A stretch of 64,000 nt of DNA from Dehalococcoidia bacterium (lineage in GTDB: Bacteria; Chloroflexota; Dehalococcoidia; Lucifugimonadales; UBA3495). The notes below the pieces were generated by a model. It had not been told where the DNA came from, made no database searches, and worked only from the letters and a program-made list of their open reading frames with translations. Shown piece after piece: positions 26,675 to 36,722 of the stretch (the first letter of the stretch is position 1; every line of letters starts with the position of its first letter). The position numbers and the translations under genes are program-made. The stretch spans positions 25,938-89,937 of the forward strand of contig OY761558.1 in the NCBI GenBank assembly GCA_963664725.1, in the 5' to 3' direction.

Positions 26675-28516
26675 CTAAACGAACTCTTCCAGGACGGGCT
26701 TTATAGCCTCCACCAGCGGCGGCAAGTATTCCTGCCAGTCGCCAACAATGCCCACGTCGGCGGCTTTGAAGATGGGGTGGCGGCGGTTGCTGTTGACCGC
26801 GACGATTACGCCGGCCTTCTGAATGCCCACCGTGTGGTCAAACACCCCGCGTATGCCGACGGCCAGGTACACCTGGGGAGCGATGGTGCGGCCGCTGATA
26901 CCTACCTGGACCTGGTGGGGCAGCCAGCCGGCATGTACCACGTTGCGGGTAGTGGCCACCGTGGCCCGGATTTCGCCAGCCAGGGATTGGACCTGAGGCA
27001 GATTTTCGGGCCCGCCGATGCCCATACCCGCGCCCAGGACAATTTCTGCCTGGGCCAGGGCGATGCCACCGGGGTCGTCCTCGTAGTGCGTTTCCACCAC
27101 GGAGATGTCGGCGTCGTCAAAAGCAGGGGTTGCCAGCGCCTCCACGCTGGCGGCGGCAGTTCCGTCGGGTTCAATGGGGACCAAAAGTCCTGGTCGCAAG
27201 GTTACCAGGTTAGGCAGGGTCTTGGAGAGGATGGGGGCAATAACGTTGCCGCCGAGGGCGGGTTTCAACTGCACCAGGCGGCCTTCCTCATCAATTTCCA
27301 GGTCAATGGCATCGCCGGTCAACCCCAGGCCCAGGCGCGCGGCGATGCGGGAAGCCAGGTCGCGCCCGTCTGCGGTGGCGGCGAACAATATGGCGTAAGG
27401 CTGTTCGCTGGCTACGGCCTCCGCCAGGGCATTGGCCACCGCCCGTCCGCAGACGGGGCCCAGGCCGCTGTTATCCAGGGTCAATACCCGGTCGGCGCCA
27501 TAGGCGGACAGGGATTCCGCCGCTCCTTCGTCCGCATTGCCGATTAGAACGGCCACTACCTGGCTGTGGGTGATACCGGTCAACTCCCGTGCCTTGCCCA
27601 GCAGTTCCAGCGTCACCCTACGCAGTCCCGCCTGGGACGTTTCAGCCACCACCCAGATGGCCTGTCGTTTCTCATCGGGATAGCGGAAGCCTTCCATCGC
27701 GGGGGTCGCCGGCTGTTCTTCCTCACCCAGGGATGCCAGGCTATCCTTCAGGAGTTGGGCCACCTGGCTGGCGGCGTCCTCGGGAGTTTCGCCTTCAATC
27801 ATCAGTCCCTGCCGCGTGGGTTCCACCAGGCGGATGTCCTCCACCCAGGTGGGCGACCCCTCCAGCCCGAACTGGGAAAGGTCGTCAGTCAATTGGGAAC
27901 AGGTGACCTCTTCCACCGGCTTTTCCTGGGCCTCGGCCATCTGCTGGCGGTTGGCGAAGGTCTCGGCGGCCACGCCCTCGGTGACGCAGACCACCGCCGG
28001 CAGGGGGCACTCCACAACCTGGTAGCCCTCGTCGGTGATACGTTCCGCCACCACGCTGTGGGATTCGGGGCGAAGGTCCAGCTTGCGGACCTGGCTGATG
28101 TGGGGCAGGCCCAGCAGTTCGGCCAGTTCGGGGCCAACCTGTCCGGTCTCCGCATCAGCGCTGTTCCGGCCGCAGACAATGAGGTCTGGCTGCTCCCTCT
28201 GCAATACCATGCCCAGGGCGCGAGCGGTGGCCAAAGTGTCCGAACCGGCCAGGGCCCGGTCGCTCAGCAGGACGCCGCGGTCGGCGCCCAGGGCCAGGCA
28301 GGTTACCAGCCCCTCCCGGGCCTGGGGCGGCCCCATGGAGACGGCCACCACTTCGTCATCGGGACCGGACTTCAACTCCACTGCCCGAACCAGGCCCAGA
28401 ACGTCGAAGGGGTTAACCTCGGACGGCACTCCGTCGCGGACGATGGTTTTCTTCTCATAGTCGAAGGTGATTCTCGAGACGACGGGTACGTATTTGACAC
28501 AGACGGCCGTCTTCAT
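26675..28516 (-). CDS. fused electron-transfer flavoprotein, EtfB-like N-terminal half plus EtfA-like C-terminal half
   Basis: Single 613-aa ORF with GGGAG RBS.
- N-terminal half: MKTAVCVKYVP..NPFDVLGLVRAVELK..DLIVCGRNSADAETGQVGPELAELLGLP (ETF beta).
- Acidic linker around aa 255-285.
- C-terminal half: ..ILFAATADGRDLASRIAARLGLGLTGD.. and ..QVGISGRTIAPQVYLAVGIRGVFDHTVGIQKAGVIVAVNSN..PIF..ADVGIVGD (ETF alpha FAD domain). Confidence 0.85.
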   Translation of the reverse strand: MKTAVCVKYVPVVSRITFDYEKKTIVRDGVPSEVNPFDVLGLVRAVELKSGPDDEVVAVSMGPPQAREGLVTCLALGADRGVLLSDRALAGSDTLATARALGMVLQREQPDLIVCGRNSADAETGQVGPELAELLGLPHISQVRKLDLRPESHSVVAERITDEGYQVVECPLPAVVCVTEGVAAETFANRQQMAEAQEKPVEEVTCSQLTDDLSQFGLEGSPTWVEDIRLVEPTRQGLMIEGETPEDAASQVAQLLKDSLASLGEEEQPATPAMEGFRYPDEKRQAIWVVAETSQAGLRRVTLELLGKARELTGITHSQVVAVLIGNADEGAAESLSAYGADRVLTLDNSGLGPVCGRAVANALAEAVASEQPYAILFAATADGRDLASRIAARLGLGLTGDAIDLEIDEEGRLVQLKPALGGNVIAPILSKTLPNLVTLRPGLLVPIEPDGTAAASVEALATPAFDDADISVVETHYEDDPGGIALAQAEIVLGAGMGIGGPENLPQVQSLAGEIRATVATTRNVVHAGWLPHQVQVGISGRTIAPQVYLAVGIRGVFDHTVGIQKAGVIVAVNSNRRHPIFKAADVGIVGDWQEYLPPLVEAIKPVLEEFV

Positions 28517-28566
28517 GTTAACGCTCCCTGGGCAAGAGGCCCGCTTCTTGGTGAATTGCGGTGGGG

Positions 28567-29952
28567 CTAATGCCCCGGAGAGTCCAGGTCTTCCAGGATT
28601 TGCCCCTGCACCTGTCCGGTGAGACGAGCCAGAGCCTGGCTGAAGGTGACGGGAAAATGGGGCGGGCTGTGAAGCTGCTTAAAGTGGTCATCGAGACATG
28701 CGAAATCATGCTCGAACCGTCCCCGCATTTCGGCCAAAGAGGGGGAGGAGCGAGTCTTTCGGCCCCCTTCCATCACTGTCTCCAGCAGCGCTTCTCCGCC
28801 GGGCAGATTTTCGTCCTGCAAAGCAACCAGGTCCCGGTCAAACCGACCATCGATGTCACGCAGGCGGTAAACCTGCTTGGCGCCCGGAGGCGATACCTTC
28901 TCCGGGCTTAACTTCATTACAGGACGGCCGTCATAGCAGGTCAACTTATAGGACATGTCGGAGTAGGGCGCATCGGCCGACGTCGTTACCCTGGTGCCAA
29001 CACCGAAGATGTCAATTGGCGCGCCTTCCTGTACCAGTCGGTCAATCTCGTACTCGTCAATGCCGCCGCTGGCGACAATCCTGACATAATCCAGCCCGAC
29101 GTCGTCCAGGATACGCCGGACCTTGCGGCTCAGGTCCAGGTAGTCGCCCGAATCCAACCTTACACCGGCCAGCCTGTTGCCTTGAGCCTCCATTTCTTTG
29201 GCAACCTGGACGGCATTGTGCGCTCCCTCAATGGTGTCGTAAGTGTCCAGGAGCAGAATGGTGCGCTGGGGAAATGCGGCGGCATAGGCCCGAAAGGCCT
29301 CCAGTTCCGAGGGAAAGGCGGTAATCATGGAGTGGGCCATGGTTCCGGCCGGTGGTATATCGTACCGGCGCGCCGCCATCACGTTGCTGGTGGACTGGAA
29401 CCCGGCAATGAAACCGGATCGGGCCATGGTCAGGGCGCCATCCACCCCCGGGGCGCGCCTGGCCCCAAAATCGGAAATGATACGGCCTCCGGCTGCCCAG
29501 ACGCAGCGGGCCGCCTTGGTGGCCTGAAGGGACTGGAAGTTCAACCGATTAATAATCAGAGTCTCCACCAACTGAGCTTCGACCATGGGAGCGGTAACCT
29601 CAAGGACCGGTTCGCTGGCGAAGAAGATGCGGCCCTCGGGAAGGGCCCGCACGCTTCCGGTGAACTGCAAGTCACCCAAATAGTCCAGGAAGGCCTCGGT
29701 GAACATACCGGTGTCACGCAGATACTGGCGGCTGCCGTCGCCGAAGCTGACGCCCTCCAGGAAATCCAGGACATCCTCCAGACCGGCGCAGACCATGTAA
29801 CCACGATTGGGTGGGTAGCTGCGGAAGAACAGGTCGAAAGTAGCCGGGGCCAGCATTCCCCACTCAAAGTAGGTCTGGGCCATGGTCAACTCGTACAGGT
29901 CTGTGAACAGGCCCAGGTCGGCGCGGGTTATGTGGTAAGCGCTCTGGCTCAT
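28567..29952 (-). CDS. pncB: nicotinate phosphoribosyltransferase
   Basis: 461 aa. LFTDLYELTMAQTYF.., ..GTMAHSMI.., ..GVRLDSGD.. are typical of the NAPRTase family. Confidence 0.88.
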   Translation of the reverse strand: MSQSAYHITRADLGLFTDLYELTMAQTYFEWGMLAPATFDLFFRSYPPNRGYMVCAGLEDVLDFLEGVSFGDGSRQYLRDTGMFTEAFLDYLGDLQFTGSVRALPEGRIFFASEPVLEVTAPMVEAQLVETLIINRLNFQSLQATKAARCVWAAGGRIISDFGARRAPGVDGALTMARSGFIAGFQSTSNVMAARRYDIPPAGTMAHSMITAFPSELEAFRAYAAAFPQRTILLLDTYDTIEGAHNAVQVAKEMEAQGNRLAGVRLDSGDYLDLSRKVRRILDDVGLDYVRIVASGGIDEYEIDRLVQEGAPIDIFGVGTRVTTSADAPYSDMSYKLTCYDGRPVMKLSPEKVSPPGAKQVYRLRDIDGRFDRDLVALQDENLPGGEALLETVMEGGRKTRSSPSLAEMRGRFEHDFACLDDHFKQLHSPPHFPVTFSQALARLTGQVQGQILEDLDSPGH

Positions 29953-30204
29953 GCTGTAATCCAGCCCGTGGGTTGCCGTTCAGATTGGCCCCGAATCTGG
30001 CGCTATTATGTTTAAGGCTTCCCGACTCTGTCAAACGGAAGAAAGACCGGCCGGGAAGGCAAACCCGGTGGCTACGCCTCGGACTATAGGGCCAAAGCCC
30101 TAATGCCTTAATGAGTGGGGATGTTTGTCACCCATTAAGGACTAATGTTGACGATATTCGTCATAAATATGCCCAAACGTACCTGACAACTTGCGCCAGT
30201 GGAT

Positions 30205-30233
30205 TTGACATCCTCACCCGGCTTGATTATTAT
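30205..30233 (+). promoter_or_regulatory. sigma-70-type promoter candidate for the riboswitch-led operon
   Basis: TTGACA (30205-30210), 17-nt spacer, TATTAT (30228-30233). It sits about 40 nt upstream of the SAM-I aptamer. Confidence 0.55.
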
Positions 30234-30273
30234 AGCCCTGCGCTAATGGGTTAAAAACTAAATAATATATCTG

Positions 30274-30408
30274 GGACCCTTATCCAGATCGGCAGAGGGA
30301 ACGGCCCGATGAAGCCAGGCAACCGGCCCCGGCGAGGCATTCGCCAAGGGGCGAGGTGCTAAATCCGGCCTCTCCCCGGAAATGTGGGGAGAGGAAAGAT
30401 GAGGGAGC
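30274..30408 (+). promoter_or_regulatory. SAM-I (S-box) riboswitch aptamer
   Basis: Matches the conserved S-box core by eye: CCCTTATCCAGATCGGCAGAGGGAACGGCCCGATGAAGCCAGGCAACC...GAGGTGCTAAATCCGGCC...GGAAAGATGAGGG. The P1 helix pairs CCCTTATC with GATGAGGG. The GAGGGA / GGCCCGATGAA / GCAACC / GGTGCTAAATCC blocks are all present. Confidence 0.9.
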
Positions 30409-30423
30409 AGCGAAATATTTTGT

Positions 30424-30449
30424 GCTTCTCTCAATGAGAAGCTTTTTTT
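30424..30449 (+). terminator. riboswitch expression-platform intrinsic terminator
   Basis: GCTTCTC-tcaat-GAGAAGC followed by TTTTTTT, 18 nt after the aptamer P1 3' strand. Confidence 0.85.
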
Positions 30450-30481
30450 ATGCCCGGAAATTCGACCCGGAGAATCCAGCG

Positions 30482-31543
30482 TTGAACGAGATACGCCCCA
30501 TACTGTGGGACAACGGCACTCTGAAACTGATTGACCAGACACGCCTGCCGGCGGAAGAGGTCACGGTGGAGCTGGACAATTACCGTGGGGCCGTGGCCGC
30601 CATCAGGGATATGCAGGTTCGCGGCGCCCCAGCCATTGGGGTAACCGCCGCCTATGCAGTGGTAATGGCCGCTTCAGAATTGCCCACCGGCGACCGCAAC
30701 GCATTTCTGGCAGAGCTTCAGGCCGCGGGAGAGGTAATAAATGCCGCCCGCCCAACTGCCGTTAACCTTCAGTGGGCCGTCCGGCGCATGCTTGAAGTGG
30801 CGGCGTCTGAATCAGACCTGGGTCAGGTCAATGACAGGCTGCTGGCCGAGGCGAAGACCATCCAGGCCGAGGACGAGGAAATTAACCGCCGAATGGGCGA
30901 TTTCGGCAAGGAACTTATGCCCGAGGGGGGCACGGTCCTGACCCACTGCAACACTGGCGCTCTGGCCACTTCCGCCTTTGGCACCGCCCTGGGAGTCATC
31001 AGGGCCGGATGGGAATCGGGGCGCAGGTTCCAGGTGTTCAACACCGAGACCCGCCCCTTCCTGCAGGGAGCCCGGCTGACCTCGTGGGAATTCCAGCAAC
31101 TCGGTATTCCCGCCACGCTGATGGTGGATTCGGCCGCTGGGATAATGATGCAGCGCGGCGAGATAACCTGCGTTATCACCGGCGCTGACCGCATTGCGGC
31201 CAACGGGGATACGGCCAACAAGATCGGCACCTACTCCCTGGCCGTATTGGCGAAGGAAAATGGCATCCCCTTTTACATAGCGGCCCCCACCAGCACCGTT
31301 GACCTGAGCCTGGGTTCTGGCGACGAGATCGAAATTGAACAGCGGGCCGGCGCCGAAGTCACTCACTTCCAGGGCGCACCCACCGCGCCCGTGGGCGTCG
31401 AGGCCATCAATCCCGCTTTTGACGTTACTCCCCACCGTTACATCAGCGCCATTGTTACTGAAAGTGGAATCGCCCGGCCCCCCTACGTGGAGAGCCTGAA
31501 GCTGGCCGTAACCGGCAGCCATGGAATGGAGCCCAAATCCTGA
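30482..31543 (+). CDS. mtnA: S-methyl-5-thioribose-1-phosphate isomerase
   Basis: The track ORF (from 30356) overlaps the riboswitch and terminator. I favour the TTG at 30482 (GGAGA 8 nt upstream; N-terminus MNEIRPILWDNGTLKLIDQTRLP fits the family). The ATG at 30434 lies inside the terminator stem and is an alternative. Family motifs: VRGAPAIG, ..TGADRIAANGDTANKIGTY... Confidence 0.88.
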   Translation: MNEIRPILWDNGTLKLIDQTRLPAEEVTVELDNYRGAVAAIRDMQVRGAPAIGVTAAYAVVMAASELPTGDRNAFLAELQAAGEVINAARPTAVNLQWAVRRMLEVAASESDLGQVNDRLLAEAKTIQAEDEEINRRMGDFGKELMPEGGTVLTHCNTGALATSAFGTALGVIRAGWESGRRFQVFNTETRPFLQGARLTSWEFQQLGIPATLMVDSAAGIMMQRGEITCVITGADRIAANGDTANKIGTYSLAVLAKENGIPFYIAAPTSTVDLSLGSGDEIEIEQRAGAEVTHFQGAPTAPVGVEAINPAFDVTPHRYISAIVTESGIARPPYVESLKLAVTGSHGMEPKS

Positions 31544-31569
31544 CCCTTTCGCCATCAATAGGAGCAGAA

Positions 31570-32670
31570 ATGCCGACACCTGACCAGCAAACTCGTCGCC
31601 GCATGGCCCAATCCGGTCTGACCGCCTGCGATCCCGAACGCGCCTGTCCCGGATACCTGCTTTACGCTCCCATGACCGGGAACGGCGCCGTTTACCTGGT
31701 GGACGTGCAGGGGAATGAAGTCCACAGCTGGAACCTGCCCCATCCGCCGGGCCTATACGGGTACCTGCTCCCTAACGGCAATATTTTCTACGGGGGCAAG
31801 ACCTACGACGACATGTGGGACCGGTTCCCTTCCTGGAAACGTTTCAAGGGCGGCGTAATGCTGGAGGCCGACTGGCAGGGCAACGTAATCTGGGAGCACC
31901 ACGACAAGGAACACCACCATGACGCCCGGCGCACTCCGGAAGGCGGCGCCCTGTACATGACCGTTGAATTGATGGACCCGGCCCAGGCCGCCAAGATCAA
32001 GGGCGGCGTCCCCGGCACTGATGCCGAGGGCATGTGGGCCGATGTCCTGGTGGAAGTCGACAGCGCCGGAAATCGGGTGTGGGAGTGGCACGCCGCCGAG
32101 CACCTGGACCCGGAACGCCACGTCATCACCTTCAACGACCTGCGGGACGAGTGGAGCCACGGTAACACGGTGGTGCCCCTCGACGGCGACCGGGTGATGT
32201 TCAGCTTCCGGAACATCTCAACCGTGGGCATCATCGACAAGAAGTCGGGAGAAATTACCTGGCAACTGGGCGACTCGGTCCTGGCCCAGCAGCACGACCC
32301 CAACCTGCTGGAGAATGGCAACGTCCTGATTTACGACAACGGCTCCCACCGCAAGAATACCGGCCAGCCCTTCTCCCGGGTTATTGAAGTTAACCCGGCC
32401 ACCAATGAAATCGTCTGGTCCTACCAGGACTCACCTACCTACAACTTCTTCAGCGCTTATATCTCTGGAGCCCGCCGCCTTCCCAACGGCAACACTCTGA
32501 TCACCGAGGGAATGTTCGGGCGCATGTTCCAGGTAACGCCGGATGGAGAGGTAGTGTGGGAGTACATTAATCCCTACTTCGCTCCGGACGCCGAAGGCCA
32601 GGTGGTCAACAGGGTATTCCGCAGCACCTACTACCTGCCCGAGCAGGTACCGCATCTCCAGGAGCGTTAG
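31570..32670 (+). CDS. cytoplasmic arylsulfotransferase (ASST)-like beta-propeller protein, function unknown
   Basis: 366 aa. AGGAG RBS. No signal peptide. Repetitive propeller-like motifs: LLPNGNIFYGG, WEHHDKEHHHDARR, VWEWHAAEHLD, SHGNTVVPL, ITWQLG..AQQHDPNLLENGNVLIYDNG, VWSY.., RLPNGNTLITEG, VVWEY. The family assignment is from my recognition only. Confidence 0.55.
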   Translation: MPTPDQQTRRRMAQSGLTACDPERACPGYLLYAPMTGNGAVYLVDVQGNEVHSWNLPHPPGLYGYLLPNGNIFYGGKTYDDMWDRFPSWKRFKGGVMLEADWQGNVIWEHHDKEHHHDARRTPEGGALYMTVELMDPAQAAKIKGGVPGTDAEGMWADVLVEVDSAGNRVWEWHAAEHLDPERHVITFNDLRDEWSHGNTVVPLDGDRVMFSFRNISTVGIIDKKSGEITWQLGDSVLAQQHDPNLLENGNVLIYDNGSHRKNTGQPFSRVIEVNPATNEIVWSYQDSPTYNFFSAYISGARRLPNGNTLITEGMFGRMFQVTPDGEVVWEYINPYFAPDAEGQVVNRVFRSTYYLPEQVPHLQER

Positions 32671-33540
32671 ATGCCGGACCACGAAGCAACTATTGGCGTC
32701 ATCGGGGGCAGCGGCCTGTATGACATGGAGGGAATGACCGACGTCCACTATATCGACGTCGACACGCCCTTCGGCCGTCCCAGCGACAGCGTTGTTGTTG
32801 GCAACCTGGAGGGGACGAAGGTGGCCTTTCTGCCCCGGCACGGCCGTGGGCACCGCATCAACCCCACCGGCATTCCCGCCCGGGCCAACATCTACGCCAT
32901 GAAGGCGTTGGGGGTGCAACGCCTGATTTCCGTCAGCGCCGTGGGCAGCCTGAAGGAAGAGTTCGCTCCCCTGGACCTGGTTGTGCCCGACCAGATAATT
33001 GACCGGACCAGGCAGCGGGTCCACACCTTCTTCGACGAGGGCATAGTGGCCCACGTGGGATTCGCCGACCCATTTTGCCCCGAGGCCAGCGACGTTATCG
33101 CCGACGCGGGCCGCGAAGTGGGCGTTACCACCCATGAAGGCGGCACCATGATTGTAATGGAGGGCCCCGCCTTTTCCACCCGTGCCGAGTCCTTCATGTA
33201 CCGGTCCTGGGGCGCGGGAATTATTGGAATGACGGCATTGCCGGAGGCCAAGCTGGCCCGCGAAGCCGAGATGTGCTACGCCACCATGGCCTGGATTACC
33301 GACTACGACTGCTGGCACGAGTCGGAAGAGTCGGTAACCGTGGAGATGGTAGTGCAGAACCTGCTGCACAACGTGGCCCACTCCAAGGAAATGCTCCGGC
33401 TGGTGATTCCCCGACTTGGTCCGGCGGAAACCTGCGCCTGCAACTCCGCCCTGAAGGACGCGATTATCACCGACCCCCGAGGCATTTCGGAAGAAATCAA
33501 GCACAAGCTGGCGCCCATTGTGGGACGTTACGTCAGCTAG
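32671..33540 (+). CDS. mtnP: S-methyl-5'-thioadenosine phosphorylase
   Basis: 289 aa. The ATG directly abuts the upstream TAG. IGVIGGSGLYDMEG..TPFGRPSD..FLPRHGRGHRINP..RANIYAMKALGV..SAVGSLKEE..P.DLVVPDQIIDRT. Confidence 0.9.
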   Translation: MPDHEATIGVIGGSGLYDMEGMTDVHYIDVDTPFGRPSDSVVVGNLEGTKVAFLPRHGRGHRINPTGIPARANIYAMKALGVQRLISVSAVGSLKEEFAPLDLVVPDQIIDRTRQRVHTFFDEGIVAHVGFADPFCPEASDVIADAGREVGVTTHEGGTMIVMEGPAFSTRAESFMYRSWGAGIIGMTALPEAKLAREAEMCYATMAWITDYDCWHESEESVTVEMVVQNLLHNVAHSKEMLRLVIPRLGPAETCACNSALKDAIITDPRGISEEIKHKLAPIVGRYVS

Positions 33541-33603
33541 ACCCCAGTTCGAAATCTGAAGCTCGAATAAAAAGGGTTTCCATCAGTTAAGGAGGTACAG
33601 ATC

Positions 33604-33960
33604 ATGCCCAGGCAGGATCCCGGCGAACCTTATTTCCGGGTTGATTCCGACGAAGCCAGCGCCATGCTCAACGACGAGCCGGAAGATACCGTGGTGGTGG
33701 ATGTACGCCGCGACGACGAGTGGGTCACCGGCCACATTTCCGGTGCGGTCCATATTCCCATAGATGACCTGCCCGACCGTATAGAAGAGGTGCCCAGGGA
33801 CAAGAAGGTGCTCTTCATCTGCGCCATGGGCGTCCGCAGCGGGTTGGCCTGCGAAGTGGCCTTTTCCATGGGCTACGACACGCTCAACTTGTTCAACATA
33901 GATGATGGCACTCCGGCGTGGATTGCCGGAGGGCATCCGACGACCTACCCCGGCCACTAG
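33604..33960 (+). CDS. single-domain rhodanese-like sulfurtransferase
   Basis: 118 aa. AAGGAGG RBS. VVVDVRRDDEWVTGHISGAVHIP.. and the active-site loop FICAMGVRS (CxxGxR[ST]). Confidence 0.85.
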   Translation: MPRQDPGEPYFRVDSDEASAMLNDEPEDTVVVDVRRDDEWVTGHISGAVHIPIDDLPDRIEEVPRDKKVLFICAMGVRSGLACEVAFSMGYDTLNLFNIDDGTPAWIAGGHPTTYPGH

Positions 33961-34002
33961 GCAATGGCAGGGGAAGGCAAATCAATCAGCATAAGGAGTT
34001 AA

Positions 34003-35277
<1,275 letters not shown>

Positions 35278-35393
35278 GCCCTTACTGCCTCACCCATTTC
35301 CCACCAATGCGATGGGCAGACGCCGAGAGAATCTCTCAACCATTAGCGGGATACGAAAATGCAGCGCCTGCCTTAATTACGGAGGATTAAACA

Positions 35394-36611
35394 ATGCCTA
35401 TCCAGTTCATGACTTCCCCCAAGTACCTGCTGACTTCCGAGTCGGTAACCGAAGGCCACCCGGACAAGCTGTGCGACCAGATTTCCGATGCGGTGCTGGA
35501 CGCGGCCCTATCCGGCGACAACATGAGCCGCGTTGCCTGCGAGACGGTGGCCACCAAGAACCTGATCATGGTGACCGGCGAAATCACCACCGGCTCCAAC
35601 CTGGACTTCAATGAAATTGCCCGGCAGGTTATGCTGGACATTGGTTACACCGACGTCAAATATGGTATCGACGGCAACTCCTGCGGCGTGGTTGCTCACG
35701 TCAGCCAGCAGTCTCCCGATATCAGCAGCGGCGTCACCACTTCCCTGGAGCACCGTGGCGAGTCCGAGGCCGATGCCCGGCGGGCCACCGGCGCCGGTGA
35801 CCAGGGCATGATGGTCGGCTTCGCGTGCAACGAAACCGACGGCCTGATGCCTTTGACCGTGGACCTGTCCCACCGCCTGGTGGAGCAACTTTCCAAGGTC
35901 CGTAAGGACGGCCTGCTTCCCTACCTGGGTCCCGACGGCAAGTCCCAGGTAACCGTCGAATACCGCCACGGCCGCCCCCACCGGGTGGATGCTGTAGTTA
36001 TCAGCACCCAGCACGAAGACCAGGAAGACCGGGAAGCTTTCACCAAGCAGCTTCGCAAGGACATAAAGCAGTACGTCATTGACCCCATCGCCGGTGAGAT
36101 GATGGACGACGACACCAACATCTACGTCAATCCCAGCGGCTGGTTCGTGGTTGGCGGGCCCCAGGGTGACACGGGTTTGACCGGTCGCAAGATACTGGTG
36201 GACACCTACGGTGGAATCGCCCGTCACGGCGGCGGCGCCTTCTCCGGCAAGGATCCCACGAAGGTTGACCGCTCCGGCGCTTATGCCGCCCGCTACGTGG
36301 CCAAGAACCTGGTCGCCGCCGGCCTGGCCGACCGGGTGGAGGTCATCGTCTCCTACGCCATCGGCGTTGCCGAGCCGATTTCCGTTTCGGTGGAGACCTT
36401 TGACACCAACCATCTGGACAACGAGAAGATCGAGCAGTTGGTCCGCGACAACTTCGACCTGCGCCCTGGCGCCATCATCGAAGACCTGGACCTGCGCCGC
36501 CCCATCTTCCGTCAGACCGCCGCTTACGGCCACTTCGGGCGCACCGATATCGACCTGCCCTGGGAGCGCACCGACAAGGCTGACCTGTTGCGCCAGAAGG
36601 CCGGCATTTAA
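35394..36611 (+). CDS. metK: methionine adenosyltransferase (SAM synthetase)
   Basis: 405 aa. [34 protein letters not shown].., [12 protein letters not shown].., [19 protein letters not shown]... Confidence 0.95.
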   Translation: MPIQFMTSPKYLLTSESVTEGHPDKLCDQISDAVLDAALSGDNMSRVACETVATKNLIMVTGEITTGSNLDFNEIARQVMLDIGYTDVKYGIDGNSCGVVAHVSQQSPDISSGVTTSLEHRGESEADARRATGAGDQGMMVGFACNETDGLMPLTVDLSHRLVEQLSKVRKDGLLPYLGPDGKSQVTVEYRHGRPHRVDAVVISTQHEDQEDREAFTKQLRKDIKQYVIDPIAGEMMDDDTNIYVNPSGWFVVGGPQGDTGLTGRKILVDTYGGIARHGGGAFSGKDPTKVDRSGAYAARYVAKNLVAAGLADRVEVIVSYAIGVAEPISVSVETFDTNHLDNEKIEQLVRDNFDLRPGAIIEDLDLRRPIFRQTAAYGHFGRTDIDLPWERTDKADLLRQKAGI

Positions 36612-36722
36612 CTCAGTTTCCAAAGAATCTCAAGTCCCGAATTTCACGGAGACAAGTCCCCGCCCGCCCGCTCCAATGTGCCGGGTCACGGCGGGGGCTT
36701 CGCTTTAGGGAGTCAGAATAGA

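Noticed and set aside
30356-30481. N-terminal 42 codons of the track's mtnA ORF (MLNPASPRKCGERKDEG..)
   Set aside because: This stretch coincides with the SAM-I aptamer 3' half and the terminator hairpin. It is RNA structure, not coding sequence.
30258-30542. 94-aa minus-strand ORF
   Set aside because: It is antisense to the SAM riboswitch and the mtnA start, and it has no RBS.
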